64,000 nt of DNA from Candidatus Dormiibacterota bacterium (lineage in GTDB: Bacteria; Chloroflexota; Dormibacteria; Aeolococcales; Aeolococcaceae). The DNA is taken from assembly GCA_963777445.1 (NCBI GenBank), contig CAVZQR010000017.1:5226-69225 (forward strand), given 5' to 3'. How positions within the stretch are numbered: position 1 is the first letter of the stretch; every line of letters begins with the position of its first letter. Of the stretch, positions 1 through 9,341 are shown in pieces. The notes beneath the pieces were generated by a model. That model saw only the letters and a program-made list of their open reading frames with translations, was not told the DNA's origin and searched no databases. Position numbers and translations under genes: made by a program.

Positions 1-2087
1 GTGCAGCGGTCGTAGTTGATGTAGATCTCGCCCTCGTAGCCGCCGGCGCCGGGCTGGCCCCCTGACGTCCGGCAGACGAGTGTCTCGCCGCCCGATGAAC
101 GTTCGCGATCCTCGCCGAAGACCACCACATCGATCGCTTTCTCGGGACACACGTCATCGCAGGCACCGCAGAGGACGCAGACCGTCTGGTCGTAGTGGTG
201 GACGGAGTCGCACTGGAAGCAGCGGATCGCCTGGACGATCGCCGTCTGATCGCTCCAGGACTGCTCGACCTCGGTCATGTCGTAGCGCTTCGCGGCTTCG
301 AGGATGCCGGGTTCGACCCGCGCGAACACCTCCGACTGACGATGGTCGTCGGTCCGTTCGACGACCGTCTGATAGATGCGATCGCCCGCAGCCTGCATGT
401 CCTCGCCGAGGTATTCTCGAATCGAGCGTGCGACGCGATGTCCCCAGCCCGCGGCGTCGACGATGAACGACGGTCCCTGAACGCAGTCACCGCCGCAGAA
501 CAGCTTGGGAACCCCCGTGTGGCCGCCGCGATCCGCCGAGAGGAGACCACGCTGTGTCACCGGGACGAGCTCGTCGGGGCGCTCCATGATCTGCCCTGAC
601 GCGAAGATCACAAAGTCCGCGGGGACCGTCCAGCGTTCAACGTTCTCCTGCTCCTTCACGGACGAGAAGATGAGCTTGCCGTTCAGCGGGTCGAACTGCA
701 GGTCCTGCAGTGGCGCGAACGAGACCGACTTCACCTTGCCGCTCTCGTCGGCGTCAACCTGCTTGACGATGACCCCGCATTTGATGAGCAGCCCGATCTC
801 CTTGGCTTCGTGGAGCTCGTTGCCGAATGCGGGCAGCCGGTCCTCGGGCTCGATCGCGACCATCCACACGTCCTTGGCGCCGAGCTTGATCGATGACTGG
901 CAGGCATCGGTGGCGACGGCGCCACCACCGACAACCACCACGGTGCCTCCGATCGGGAAGTGCTCCGGGATCCTGTCGTACGACACGGTGCGCAGGAAGC
1001 TCATCGCATCGGTGACCTCGGGGAGGTCGCTGCCCGGGATCGGCAGGATCCTGCCTTTCATCATCCCGATGGAGAAGAAGACGGCGTCGTATTCGTCGAG
1101 CAGATCCTTGGTCTTGATGTCGTCGGCACCGCTGCCGATATTGCTGTTGAGGCGGACGTCGATGCCCGTGGACATGATCATGTCCAGCTCCCACTGGAGC
1201 TGGCGGTGGTCGAACCGGAACGGCGGGATCGAGGTGCTGAGCAGGCCGCCCACCTTCGCCTCGCGCTCGTAGAGCACGACGTCGTATCCCTGCACGCGCA
1301 GATCGAGCGCGCAGGTCAGCCCGGCCGGCCCGGCGCCGACCACGGCAACCCGCTTTCCCTTCGCGGGCGCGATCTTGTAGTTGATCCAGAGGCCCTGCTG
1401 GAACGCGAAGTCGGTCGAGAAACGCTTGATGGACTTGATCGTCACCGGCTCCTCGCCGGGGTCCCATCCGCGTTTGCAGTCGGTCTCGCAGGGGTGATTG
1501 CAGAGCCTGCCGAGCATGCTCGGGAACGGGTTGGTCTCGTGAATGACCGCCCACGAATCCACATACCGGCCCTGGCTCACGTAGTCGATGTACGTCGCGA
1601 TGTCCTGCCGGATGGGACAGTTTCGCTGGCAGGGCGTGATCGGGACGTTGAATCCGAGGTCGCGATGCCCGCTCATGATCTTCATCGGCGCCTTGTCGAT
1701 GACGTTCTTCGCGATCGCGCCGAGCACATGCGCAGCACTGACCATGCCGACCGGCGCGCTGCGCCGGGAGAAGATCCCACCCTCCGCCGCTGTGACGATG
1801 GCGGCCTCGGCACCCGACTGGCGCATCACGTCAGCGCCGCGCTCAATGCGCTCCCCGAGGTCGATCTCCGGCGCGGGGCGCATGACGTCGCGCACGCTGG
1901 TCTCGTCGAGCGCATCGAACGAGGAGACGACAGCCTCGAGGCCGATGGTGCCGAGCACGTCGTCACCACGGACGACGAGCAGCGGTACCGGGTCCTGGAG
2001 GCGCAGCACCTCGAGCACGTCGGAGAGCCGGTCCTCGGGATCGCATTCAGCGCCGAGTGGAGAGGCGATGCTCTCCAGCTCAGGCAT
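1..2087 (-). CDS. GltD-like NAD(P)H flavin oxidoreductase with N-terminal CBS region and C-terminal 4Fe-4S ferredoxin-type motif; 3' end runs off the window
   Basis: Own minus-strand translation from ATG 2087 (MPELESIASPLG...). Motifs: CNHPCETDC, VAVVGAGPAGLTCA, VVVVGGGAVATDA, CFQCDS...CVLCGACDDVCP. No in-frame stop before position 1, so it is absent from the ORF track. Confidence 0.8.
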   Translation of the reverse strand, partial: MPELESIASPLGAECDPEDRLSDVLEVLRLQDPVPLLVVRGDDVLGTIGLEAVVSSFDALDETSVRDVMRPAPEIDLGERIERGADVMRQSGAEAAIVTAAEGGIFSRRSAPVGMVSAAHVLGAIAKNVIDKAPMKIMSGHRDLGFNVPITPCQRNCPIRQDIATYIDYVSQGRYVDSWAVIHETNPFPSMLGRLCNHPCETDCKRGWDPGEEPVTIKSIKRFSTDFAFQQGLWINYKIAPAKGKRVAVVGAGPAGLTCALDLRVQGYDVVLYEREAKVGGLLSTSIPPFRFDHRQLQWELDMIMSTGIDVRLNSNIGSGADDIKTKDLLDEYDAVFFSIGMMKGRILPIPGSDLPEVTDAMSFLRTVSYDRIPEHFPIGGTVVVVGGGAVATDACQSSIKLGAKDVWMVAIEPEDRLPAFGNELHEAKEIGLLIKCGVIVKQVDADESGKVKSVSFAPLQDLQFDPLNGKLIFSSVKEQENVERWTVPADFVIFASGQIMERPDELVPVTQRGLLSADRGGHTGVPKLFCGGDCVQGPSFIVDAAGWGHRVARSIREYLGEDMQAAGDRIYQTVVERTDDHRQSEVFARVEPGILEAAKRYDMTEVEQSWSDQTAIVQAIRCFQCDSVHHYDQTVCVLCGACDDVCPEKAIDVVVFGEDRERSSGGETLVCRTSGGQPGAGGYEGEIYINYDRC

Positions 2088-2490
2088 GGACGGCCACTCG
2101 TCGCGCAAGCGCGAAGTCGGCGAGCTCGCGAGGAGTCAGCATCCCCACCACCGTCTCGTCCTCGTGCGTGACGATCGCAAGACGGCGTTCGTGTTGGGCC
2201 ATCAACGCGACGACCTCGCTGAGGCGCTGATGCTCGTCGACGAGCAATGGCGACTGGCGCAGCATGTTGCGCGCCTGCACATTGGTCGATGGTGGGCGGA
2301 CCGCGAAGTCGCTGCCGGAAACGACGATGTCACCCGCGATGAGGTGATCGATGACGTCTTCCTTGGCGACGAAGCCGACGGGACGGCGGTCGACCAACAC
2401 GACGATCTCGCTCAGGATGTTGTCGGCAAGCAGCTTGGCGATGGCGTCGGCGGGCGTGCTCGGGAGGCAGAAAACCACCTCGTTTCGCAT
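2080..2490 (-). CDS. stand-alone CBS-pair domain protein
   Basis: ORF 2080..2625. Internal ATG 2490 (MRNEVVFCLP...) preferred. CBS-like segments VGFVAKEDVIDHL and VVGMLTPRELADF. Its stop overlaps the next start within ATGCCTGA. Confidence 0.7.
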   Translation of the reverse strand: MRNEVVFCLPSTPADAIAKLLADNILSEIVVLVDRRPVGFVAKEDVIDHLIAGDIVVSGSDFAVRPPSTNVQARNMLRQSPLLVDEHQRLSEVVALMAQHERRLAIVTHEDETVVGMLTPRELADFALARRVAVHA

Positions 2491-2567
2491 CACCGACCCC
2501 ACCTCCGGATCACCTGGCTCGGGTGCCAGGCTGTCAGGGTCGAGGGAGGCAGAGATCGACGCCGAGG

Positions 2568-3263
2568 TCACGCTCCCGCCTCTTGCGCCATCTGCTCCTG
2601 CAGCCGGCGAAGGACGTCCTGCCATGTCTCGGTCGTCTCCACGGGCCGAGCCTGGGCACGTGGAGCCGCGCGTTGAATCTTGGTGCGCGTCTTGGTGATC
2701 TCGCGCTCGCGCTTGCGATCCTGGACTGACCGGACGGACTCGACCGCCTGGCGCACCTCGGTCTCGACCTCGGTGATCTCCTCGGCGGACGTTGCCCCGC
2801 GCAGCGACCGGCCCAGGCGCGAGGTGACCTCCGGCGGCAGCTGCGGGCCCGCGTCACGAAGCATGTCGCTCCCGCGACGGCGCAGGAGATCGAGCGCATG
2901 TGCGGCTCGGGCTCGTTCCGCGTTGGAAGCGCGCTGCTGCTGATACAGCTCCATCCCACCCGCGATCAACTGCGGGTACTGGAAGGCCTGACTGAACTTG
3001 CCGGTGTTGATCCGCGCGGTGATCTCATCGACCGAGCGCTGAAACTCCTCGCGTGGCTCACCCTCGAGGCTGCCGAGCAGGTCGGCGAGGATCGGACGTG
3101 CCTGTGCATACGCTCGCTTCACCCACGCGGGAAGGTGATGGTGCGATGGCTCCGGCACCGGCGCCGGCGTCGTCGCCCGAGGAGCTCCGACTGGACGGAC
3201 GATGGCCGGGAAGGCGGTCGTGAGGGGCGCCTGCTGCTGGCTACGGGCCCTCGTCTGGATCAC
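2568..3263 (-). CDS. hypothetical protein (charged, probably helical/coiled C-terminal half)
   Basis: ORF 2568..3263, 231 aa with protein-like composition and no recognisable motif. TACGAT hexamer 12 nt upstream of GTG 3263. Confidence 0.55.
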   Translation of the reverse strand: MIQTRARSQQQAPLTTAFPAIVRPVGAPRATTPAPVPEPSHHHLPAWVKRAYAQARPILADLLGSLEGEPREEFQRSVDEITARINTGKFSQAFQYPQLIAGGMELYQQQRASNAERARAAHALDLLRRRGSDMLRDAGPQLPPEVTSRLGRSLRGATSAEEITEVETEVRQAVESVRSVQDRKREREITKTRTKIQRAAPRAQARPVETTETWQDVLRRLQEQMAQEAGA

Positions 3264-3289
3264 TGCGATGCCATCATCGTACCCGGCTG

Positions 3290-3311
3290 CGGGGGTGTCG
3301 CGACTCCCCCG
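3290..3311. terminator. 22-nt near-perfect palindrome / GC hairpin between nth and the next gene
   Basis: CGGGGG-T-GTCGCGAC-T-CCCCCG. Followed by TATTTCGATT on the plus strand only; no U-tract on the minus (coding) strand. Confidence 0.25.
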
Positions 3312-3357
3312 TATTTCGATTGACTCACAATCCGGCCCCTGAGCATCCCACCGGAGT

Positions 3358-4104
3358 TTAACGAGCCTTCGCCACTCGATGTCGTGGGGTGGCGCGCGGC
3401 CTCATGAGACCGAGCTCCGCAGACGGACAGATGTCGGCGAGAACGCACTCGTGGCAGCGTGGCTTGTTCGCGATGCAGACCCGCCGGCCGTGAAGGATGA
3501 GACGCAGGCTGAGGCCCGTCCATTCGCTCGCCGGGACGATGCTGCACACGTCCTCCTCGATCTTCACCGGGTCGCTCGATGAGGTGAGTCGGAGCAATCC
3601 GGTGAGCCGAGTCACATGCGTGTCAACGGCGAATCCCGGCACCCCGAACGCGACGCCGAGCACCACGTTGGCGGTCTTGCGTCCCACGCCACGCAGCGTG
3701 ACCAGGTCCTCCATCCGCGCCGGCACCTCGCCGTCATGGAGGAGCACCAGATCCTGGCTCATCTCGCGAATCGCCCGCGCCTTGGAGCGAAAGAAGCCGG
3801 TCTTGTGAACGATCGCCTCGACGTCGGCCTCCTCCGCGGCAGCGAGATCCGCGACGCTCGGATAGCGTGCGAACAACGCCGGCGTCACGGAGTTGACATT
3901 CACATCGGTGGTCTGCGCGCTGAGAATCACCGACACCAGCAGCTGCCATGGGTTCCCGAAGTCCAGCTCCGTGTGCGCGTCGCCGTACTCGCGCTGCAGC
4001 CGCTCGACGACGATCGGCGCGCGCTCGCGCGCTCCCACGGGAAGCCGCCGCCTGCGCACCTTCGACCTTGGCTTCAAGGACTTCGCCCTTGCGGCGGGAC
4101 TCAT
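3358..4104 (-). CDS. nth: endonuclease III (DNA glycosylase/AP lyase)
   Basis: HhH-GPD core LRGVGRKTANVVL and C-terminal Fe-S cluster loop CIANKPRCHECVLADIC. Start set at ATG 4104, which overlaps the upstream stop as ATGA. The ORF-track extension to 4332 is Gly/Arg-rich and not protein-like. Confidence 0.9.
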   Translation of the reverse strand: MSPAARAKSLKPRSKVRRRRLPVGARERAPIVVERLQREYGDAHTELDFGNPWQLLVSVILSAQTTDVNVNSVTPALFARYPSVADLAAAEEADVEAIVHKTGFFRSKARAIREMSQDLVLLHDGEVPARMEDLVTLRGVGRKTANVVLGVAFGVPGFAVDTHVTRLTGLLRLTSSSDPVKIEEDVCSIVPASEWTGLSLRLILHGRRVCIANKPRCHECVLADICPSAELGLMRPRATPRHRVAKAR

Positions 4105-4562
4105 CGTCCCGTCACCGTGACTTCGCGCATGCGGTCGTGCATCCGTTCGAGCGCCAGTCCCGCCACCGCCCACAACGGCGCGTAGTCCAGGCGTGTCGCA
4201 CCCCCCGCCACGACCCACCTTCCATGCCCGCTGTAATCCCACGGCACGACCCCGACCACCTTCTTCAAAGCCATGCCCGTGAGGTACTCCACCCCCATGA
4301 TCCCAGCCGAGTACGCGGCAGCCCGTTGCCACAAAGCCCTCGACCGCAATGCCTCATGCATCGGCTCAAAGAGATATGCACTCATCCCATAGATCGGAAG
4401 CATCCAGAGGTACGAGTGCCCCTGCAACCTCCAGTCCCGCCGCAGCGCGATATCGCGAGCACCCGTGAACACGACTTCCGTCGCAACCCCGACGGCGCCA
4501 TAGGCAAGCCCCCGCTCCCACCTCAGCAAGGGCCGACGCCGAATCGTCATCGCGCGTCGCAT
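4101..4562 (-). CDS. small integral membrane protein, function unknown
   Basis: ORF 4101..4562, 153 aa with several hydrophobic segments. ATGA overlap with nth. Confidence 0.6.
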   Translation of the reverse strand: MRRAMTIRRRPLLRWERGLAYGAVGVATEVVFTGARDIALRRDWRLQGHSYLWMLPIYGMSAYLFEPMHEALRSRALWQRAAAYSAGIMGVEYLTGMALKKVVGVVPWDYSGHGRWVVAGGATRLDYAPLWAVAGLALERMHDRMREVTVTGR

Positions 4563-4774
4563 CCTACGCAGCGCGAGGCATCGGACGACTACCGCGCCCA
4601 GGCGGGTGGCATCGCGGGGGGCAGCGCCGGTCGGAGGGGCGGCGCCGAGATGCGCGGTCCCAGAGCACGGGGCGCCCCAGCGGTCAGACCGAACCGCAGA
4701 ACGGCGAGGGGTCCCCGCGATGACAGGACCCGCCTTTGAGCGGGCGCTAGCCCGGGCCGACCTTCGCGCTGCCG

Positions 4775-4780
4775 TAGAAT
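4775..4780 (+). promoter_or_regulatory. -10-like hexamer TAGAAT, 9 nt upstream of GTG 4790
   Basis: Seen directly. Same geometry as about ten other operon heads in this window. Confidence 0.4.
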
Positions 4781-4789
4781 CGCGAGCAA

Positions 4790-5774
4790 GTGCGACAGCA
4801 AGATCACCGTCGTCGGCGCCGGCAACGTGGGCGCCACGCTGGCCCAGCGCCTGGCCGAGCGCGACTACGCCGATGTCGTGCTCGTCGATATCGTCGAAGG
4901 TCTCCCTCAGGGCAAGGCGCTCGACATGCTCGAGTCCGGCCCGATCGTCGGGTACGACTCGCTGGTCACCGGGACCAACGGCTACGAAGAGACAGCCGGT
5001 TCAAGGGTGGTGGTGATCACCAGCGGCATCCCGCGCAAGCCGGGGATGTCTCGCGACGACCTGGTCATGACCAACGCGAAGATCGTGTCCGGCGTCGTCC
5101 GTCAGGTCGTGCGGCATTCTCCGGACTGCATCCTCATCGTGGTCGCCAACCCGGTCGACGGCATGACCCAGCTGTCGATGGCGGTTTCGGGCTTCCCCAG
5201 ATCACGCGTGATCGGCATGGCGGGCGTCCTCGACACCGCGCGGTATCGCACCTTCATCGCCCAGGAGCTCGATGCGTCGGTGCACGACGTGCAGGCCTAC
5301 GTGCTCGGCGGTCACGGTGACACCATGGTCCCACTGACGAGGCTGACGACGGTCGCAGGCATCCCTGCCGCGGATCTCATCCCCGCCGATCGTCTGGAGA
5401 GCATCGTGCAGCGCGCTCGCGACGGCGGCGCCGAGATCGTGAACCTGCTGAAGACCGGCAGCGCCTTCTACGCACCGAGCGCCGCGGTGGCGCAGATGAT
5501 CGACGCGATCGTGCTCGACACCCGCCAGGTGCTGCCGTGTACGGTGCACCTCGAGGGCGAGTACGGCATCACGGGGCTCTTCACCGGTGTCCCCTGCAGG
5601 CTCGGCGAAGGGGGCCTCGTCGAGGTGGTCGATATCGCGCTCACCGATGAGGAGCGAGCCGCGCTCCACCGGAGCGCCGAGTCGGTGCATCAGGTGGTCG
5701 AGGTGATGGACGCTCGCCGCGAGGAGATCGACCCGAGCCTTGGCTCGTTGACCACGGGGATCAGGATCGGCTGA
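4790..5774 (+). CDS. mdh: malate dehydrogenase (LDH-like type); the N-terminus is in a different frame from the body (apparent 1-nt insertion near 4799-4802)
   Basis: Body frame reads [18 protein letters not shown]..., [13 protein letters not shown]. The first canonical in-frame start is GTG 4827, after the GAGNVG NAD motif. GTG 4790 is one nucleotide out of frame. Confidence 0.9.
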
Positions 5775-6424
5775 GCAGCAGCTCCGCGAGTGATCTCGGT
5801 CAGCGAGGCGATGACCACATGCGCGTGACCGATGTCACCGGCCAGCGCGCCCTCCGAACGCAGGCCGATGCAGCGCATCCCCGCGGCGATCGCGGCGCTG
5901 ACGCCCACCGGTGAGTCCTCGATCGCGACGCAGCAGGAGGGCATCACGTCGAGCGCTCGCGCGGCGCTGATGTAGACGGCCGGGTCCGGCTTGCCGCGCT
6001 CCTCGTCATCGGCGCTGCACACGGCATCGACCAGGTCGACGATCCCGAGGCGTTCGACCACCGCGTCGATCAGCTCTCGACTGGACGACGAGGCGATCGC
6101 CACGCGCAGCCCGGCATCCCGCGCGATGTGAATCGCCTCGACGGCACCGGGCATCGGCACGCCGCGCGCACGCACGTGTTCGACCATCTCGCGGATGATC
6201 TCGCGCTCGACGGCGCGCGGACGGATGCCATTCCAGGGCCGCATCCGATAGCGGTAGTCGACGACCTCCTCGATGCGCATGCCCCAGGTCTCCCGAAGCT
6301 GCGCGTCGGTCAGCTCGACGCCAACCCGGGCAAAGACATCGTGCTCGGTCTCACGCCACACCGGCTCGGTGTCGATCAGGACTCCGTCCATGTCGAAGAC
6401 ACAGGCGGTGGTCGTCCTCCCCAT
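5690..6424 (-). CDS. HAD-superfamily phosphatase (beta-phosphoglucomutase-like subfamily)
   Basis: Motif [11 protein letters not shown] near the N-terminus and GKPDP later. TAGCAT hexamer 8 nt upstream of ATG 6424. Confidence 0.85.
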   Translation of the reverse strand: MGRTTTACVFDMDGVLIDTEPVWRETEHDVFARVGVELTDAQLRETWGMRIEEVVDYRYRMRPWNGIRPRAVEREIIREMVEHVRARGVPMPGAVEAIHIARDAGLRVAIASSSSRELIDAVVERLGIVDLVDAVCSADDEERGKPDPAVYISAARALDVMPSCCVAIEDSPVGVSAAIAAGMRCIGLRSEGALAGDIGHAHVVIASLTEITRGAAAQPILIPVVNEPRLGSISSRRASITSTT

Positions 6425-6435
6425 GGCGGGCGATG

Positions 6436-6696
6436 CTACTCGCTCGGCCCCGAAGGACTGATCCGGGCGGGTCGGTCGTCGTCGTCGTCGGGGCCCGGCG
6501 CCGAGACACTCGGGGTCTCCGGCGGCTCACGCCGGTAGTGATTGCCGAAGATCGGACCCACGACGACCATCATGTTGAGCAACGCCTTGCGCGTGTCCGA
6601 CTGGCTCCAGGCAGGCGTCCGTGAGTAGAAGTAGAACCAGCCGAAGACCACGATCATCACCACGATGACGGCGCTCAGAACGGCGACGCCGATCAA
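6436..6696 (-). CDS. possible small membrane protein coupled to sdhB
   Basis: TTG 6696 overlaps the sdhB stop as TTGA. Reads LIGVAVLSAVIVVMIVVFGWFYFY..., one clear TM then an acidic tail. Start uncertain. Confidence 0.35.
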   Translation of the reverse strand: MIGVAVLSAVIVVMIVVFGWFYFYSRTPAWSQSDTRKALLNMMVVVGPIFGNHYRREPPETPSVSAPGPDDDDDRPARISPSGPSE

Positions 6697-7514
6697 TCCC
6701 CGTTGCGACCGAAGAGCTTGCGTCCGACAAAGCGCACCGGGTCCCAGTGCACGTCTGCCACCCGCTCCTTGAGCGGGATGATCGCGTTGTCGGTGATGTG
6801 GATGTGCTCCGGGCACACCTCGGTGCAGCACTTGGTGATGTTGCAGTAGCCGAGGCCGCCCTGATCGCGTGTCTGATCCCGCCGATCCAGGACGTCCTTG
6901 GGATGCATCTCCAACGACGCGACGCGAACGAAGAATCGCGGTCCGTAGAAGCGATCCGAATAGTCGTGGCTGCGCAGGATGTGGCACACGTCCTGACACA
7001 GGAAGCACTCGATGCATTTCCGGAACTCGTAGAGGCGGTCGATGTCCTGCTGCGGAATGCGCCATGGGGTCCCGTCATCCGGCGCCGCGGTGAACGGCGG
7101 GATCTGACGATTCACCTCGTAGTTGCGCGACACGTCGGTGACCAGGTCCTTGATCAGCGGGAACGACTTCAGGGGATGCACGGTGACCGGCCCCGCGGGA
7201 AGGTCGTCAACACGTGTCTTGCACATCAGCACCGGATGGCCGTTCACCTCAGCGCTGCACGACCCGCACTTGGCCGCTTTGCAGTTCCACCGGCACGCGA
7301 GGTCGGTATCCAGATTGTGCTGCACGTAGTGCACCGCGTCCAGGATCACCATGCCGGAGACCACCGGGACCTGATACGCCACCTCGGCCTGCTCGCCGCC
7401 GGGGACTCCCTTGAGCACCCTGAGTGTCAACGTCTCGCCGGTGAGTCCGCTGGCGGTGAGCACATCCTCGACGGGCGCCTCGGCGGAAGGTGCGGGCTGG
7501 TCCACGACTGCCAT
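6693..7514 (-). CDS. sdhB: succinate dehydrogenase/fumarate reductase iron-sulfur subunit
   Basis: CRWNCKAAKCGSCSAEVNG, CIECFLCQDVC and CTEVCPEHI cluster motifs. Confidence 0.93.
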   Translation of the reverse strand: MAVVDQPAPSAEAPVEDVLTASGLTGETLTLRVLKGVPGGEQAEVAYQVPVVSGMVILDAVHYVQHNLDTDLACRWNCKAAKCGSCSAEVNGHPVLMCKTRVDDLPAGPVTVHPLKSFPLIKDLVTDVSRNYEVNRQIPPFTAAPDDGTPWRIPQQDIDRLYEFRKCIECFLCQDVCHILRSHDYSDRFYGPRFFVRVASLEMHPKDVLDRRDQTRDQGGLGYCNITKCCTEVCPEHIHITDNAIIPLKERVADVHWDPVRFVGRKLFGRNGD

Positions 7515-9340
7515 TACTTCCTCTTCGCTGTGGTGCCGGCGTCAGGTGCCGTCTCGGTCATATAGCCCTTGGGGAGCTTGGCCGGGTCGTAGAAGCGGCT
7601 GCGCTCGAGCAGCGGCCGCAGCCGATCCGGCATCGGCGTGATGGGAACGCCCACCACCTGCATCCCGTCGCCGCCACGGCGGGTCACGAAGTTGATCTTG
7701 CCGAACTCCACCTCCTGTTCGAGGTGATCGAAACGCCACTGTGATCCCCGGCTCTCGCGCCGCTCGATCGCGCCGCGGACGATGGCCTCAGAGATCACCA
7801 GCATGTTGGTGATATCGCGACAGGTGTGCCAGCCCGGATTGAGCACGCGCCCGCCGGAAACCCGGATGCCTGCGGTTCGCTCGCGAATCGCGAAGATCGC
7901 GGCGAGCGCTCGCTGCAGCGACTCCTCGCTGCGCCCGATCCCGGCGTCGTCCTGCATCGCGAGTTGCAGTTCCTCGTGGAGCTTGTACGGGTTCTCGCCG
8001 GCCGACGAGCCGTTGCCGTCACCATCGAGTGGCCGGAGCAGGTCGGCCTGTTCGGTCGCGATCTCCGCGTCGTCGATGACGCGCGCGGTCCCGGCGGTCT
8101 TCGCGAACTCCGCGGCGGCATCTCCCGCGCGCCGTCCGAAGACGAGGATGTCGCCGAGCGAGTTCCCGCCGAGGCGGTTGGCGCCGTGCAGTCCACCCGC
8201 AGCCTCACCGGCCGCGTACAGGCCCGGCACCGTCGTCGCCGCGGTCTCGGGCTCGACGCGTATTCCGCCCATGGTGTAGTGGATGGTCGGGCCCACCTCC
8301 ATCGGCTGGCTGGTGATGTCGACGGACGCCAGCGCGTGGAACTGTTCGTACATCGACGGCAACTTGCGCTTCACGTAGTCCGCGCCGAGGTGGCGAACAT
8401 CGAGGTAGGCGCCGCCGTGGGGAGTGCCCCGACCCGCCTGCACCTCCTTGTAGATCGACCGTGCCACCACGTCGCGCGACGACAGCTCCTTCTTGACCGG
8501 ATCGTAGTCGAGCATGAATCGCGACCCCTCGGCGTTGAAGAGGAGCCCACCCTCACCGCGCACCGCCTCCGTGACCAGGATGCCACGCGCACCAGGCGGC
8601 CAGATCATGCCGGTGGGATGGAACTGCATGAACTCCATGTCGAGCAGGTCGGCGCCCGCCTGGTACGCCATGGTGGCGCCGTCACCGGAGCATTCCCAGG
8701 AGTTGGAGGTGTACCGGTACATCCGCCCCCATCCCCCACTCGCGAGCACGACCGCGCCTGCCTTGAACGCCACGAAACGGCCGGTGTTGCGGTTGTAGCC
8801 GAAGGCGCCGCACACCCTGTCACCGGATTTGAGCAGACGTGTGAGCGTGTACTCCATGCACACGTCGACGCCCTCGGTGTGCACCATCTTGTCCTGGCAG
8901 GTGCGGATGAGCTCGAGCCCGGTGCGATCGCCCACGTGCGCGAGCCGTCGCCACGAATGCGCCCCGAAGGCGCGCTGCATGATGAGACCGTCGTCGGTCC
9001 GGTCGAAGATGCCACCCCAGCGCTCGAGCTCCAGGACGCGATCGATCACCTCGTGGGCGTAGAGCTCGACCATGCGCCAGTTGTTGACCAGCTGGCCACC
9101 CAGCATCGTGTCCGCGAAGTGCACCTCCCAGCTGTCCTCGGGGTCGAGGTTGCCCATCCCTGCGGCGATGCCGCCCTCGGCCATGACGGTGTGGGCCTTG
9201 CCGAGCAGTGACTTGGTGACGACGGTGACCCTGCAACCGGCCTCCGCGGCGGCGATTGCGGCGCGCATGCCGGCACCGCCCGCGCCGACGACCAGCACGT
9301 CACATTCGATCGTGTCGTACGCCTCGGGAGATGCGATCAC
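7514..9340 (-). CDS. sdhA: succinate dehydrogenase/fumarate reductase flavoprotein subunit
   Basis: VLVVGAGGAGMRAA, HTVMAEGG, FHPTG. GTG 9340 chosen, 1 nt after the upstream stop at 9342-9344; the ORF-track start 9400 would overlap it. Confidence 0.93.
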   Translation of the reverse strand: MIASPEAYDTIECDVLVVGAGGAGMRAAIAAAEAGCRVTVVTKSLLGKAHTVMAEGGIAAGMGNLDPEDSWEVHFADTMLGGQLVNNWRMVELYAHEVIDRVLELERWGGIFDRTDDGLIMQRAFGAHSWRRLAHVGDRTGLELIRTCQDKMVHTEGVDVCMEYTLTRLLKSGDRVCGAFGYNRNTGRFVAFKAGAVVLASGGWGRMYRYTSNSWECSGDGATMAYQAGADLLDMEFMQFHPTGMIWPPGARGILVTEAVRGEGGLLFNAEGSRFMLDYDPVKKELSSRDVVARSIYKEVQAGRGTPHGGAYLDVRHLGADYVKRKLPSMYEQFHALASVDITSQPMEVGPTIHYTMGGIRVEPETAATTVPGLYAAGEAAGGLHGANRLGGNSLGDILVFGRRAGDAAAEFAKTAGTARVIDDAEIATEQADLLRPLDGDGNGSSAGENPYKLHEELQLAMQDDAGIGRSEESLQRALAAIFAIRERTAGIRVSGGRVLNPGWHTCRDITNMLVISEAIVRGAIERRESRGSQWRFDHLEQEVEFGKINFVTRRGGDGMQVVGVPITPMPDRLRPLLERSRFYDPAKLPKGYMTETAPDAGTTAKRK

Positions 9341-9341
9341 G

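Noticed and set aside
960-2171. Long plus-strand ORF (403 aa). Similar long ORFs occur at 15243..16988, 24674..26053, 26374..28008, 36587..38215, 41401..43065 and 53900..55696.
   Set aside because: All are antisense or out-of-frame shadows of clearly identifiable genes in GC-rich DNA. The translations are Arg/Gly/Asp/His-rich with no motifs. The repeat seen within 53900..55696 simply mirrors the 903-nt duplication on the coding strand.
4105-4332. Upstream extensions of the ORF-track models for nth. The same issue affects hisD 14645-15055, hisF 11342-11641, hisH 12715-12981, hisI 10584-10970, nuoD 47978-48169, nuoJ 40972-41430, nuoB 49127-49237 and the FNR gene 61089-61349.
   Set aside because: The extensions are Arg/Gly-rich and overlap the upstream gene. 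In each case an internal ATG or GTG that overlaps the preceding stop codon gives a protein of canonical length.
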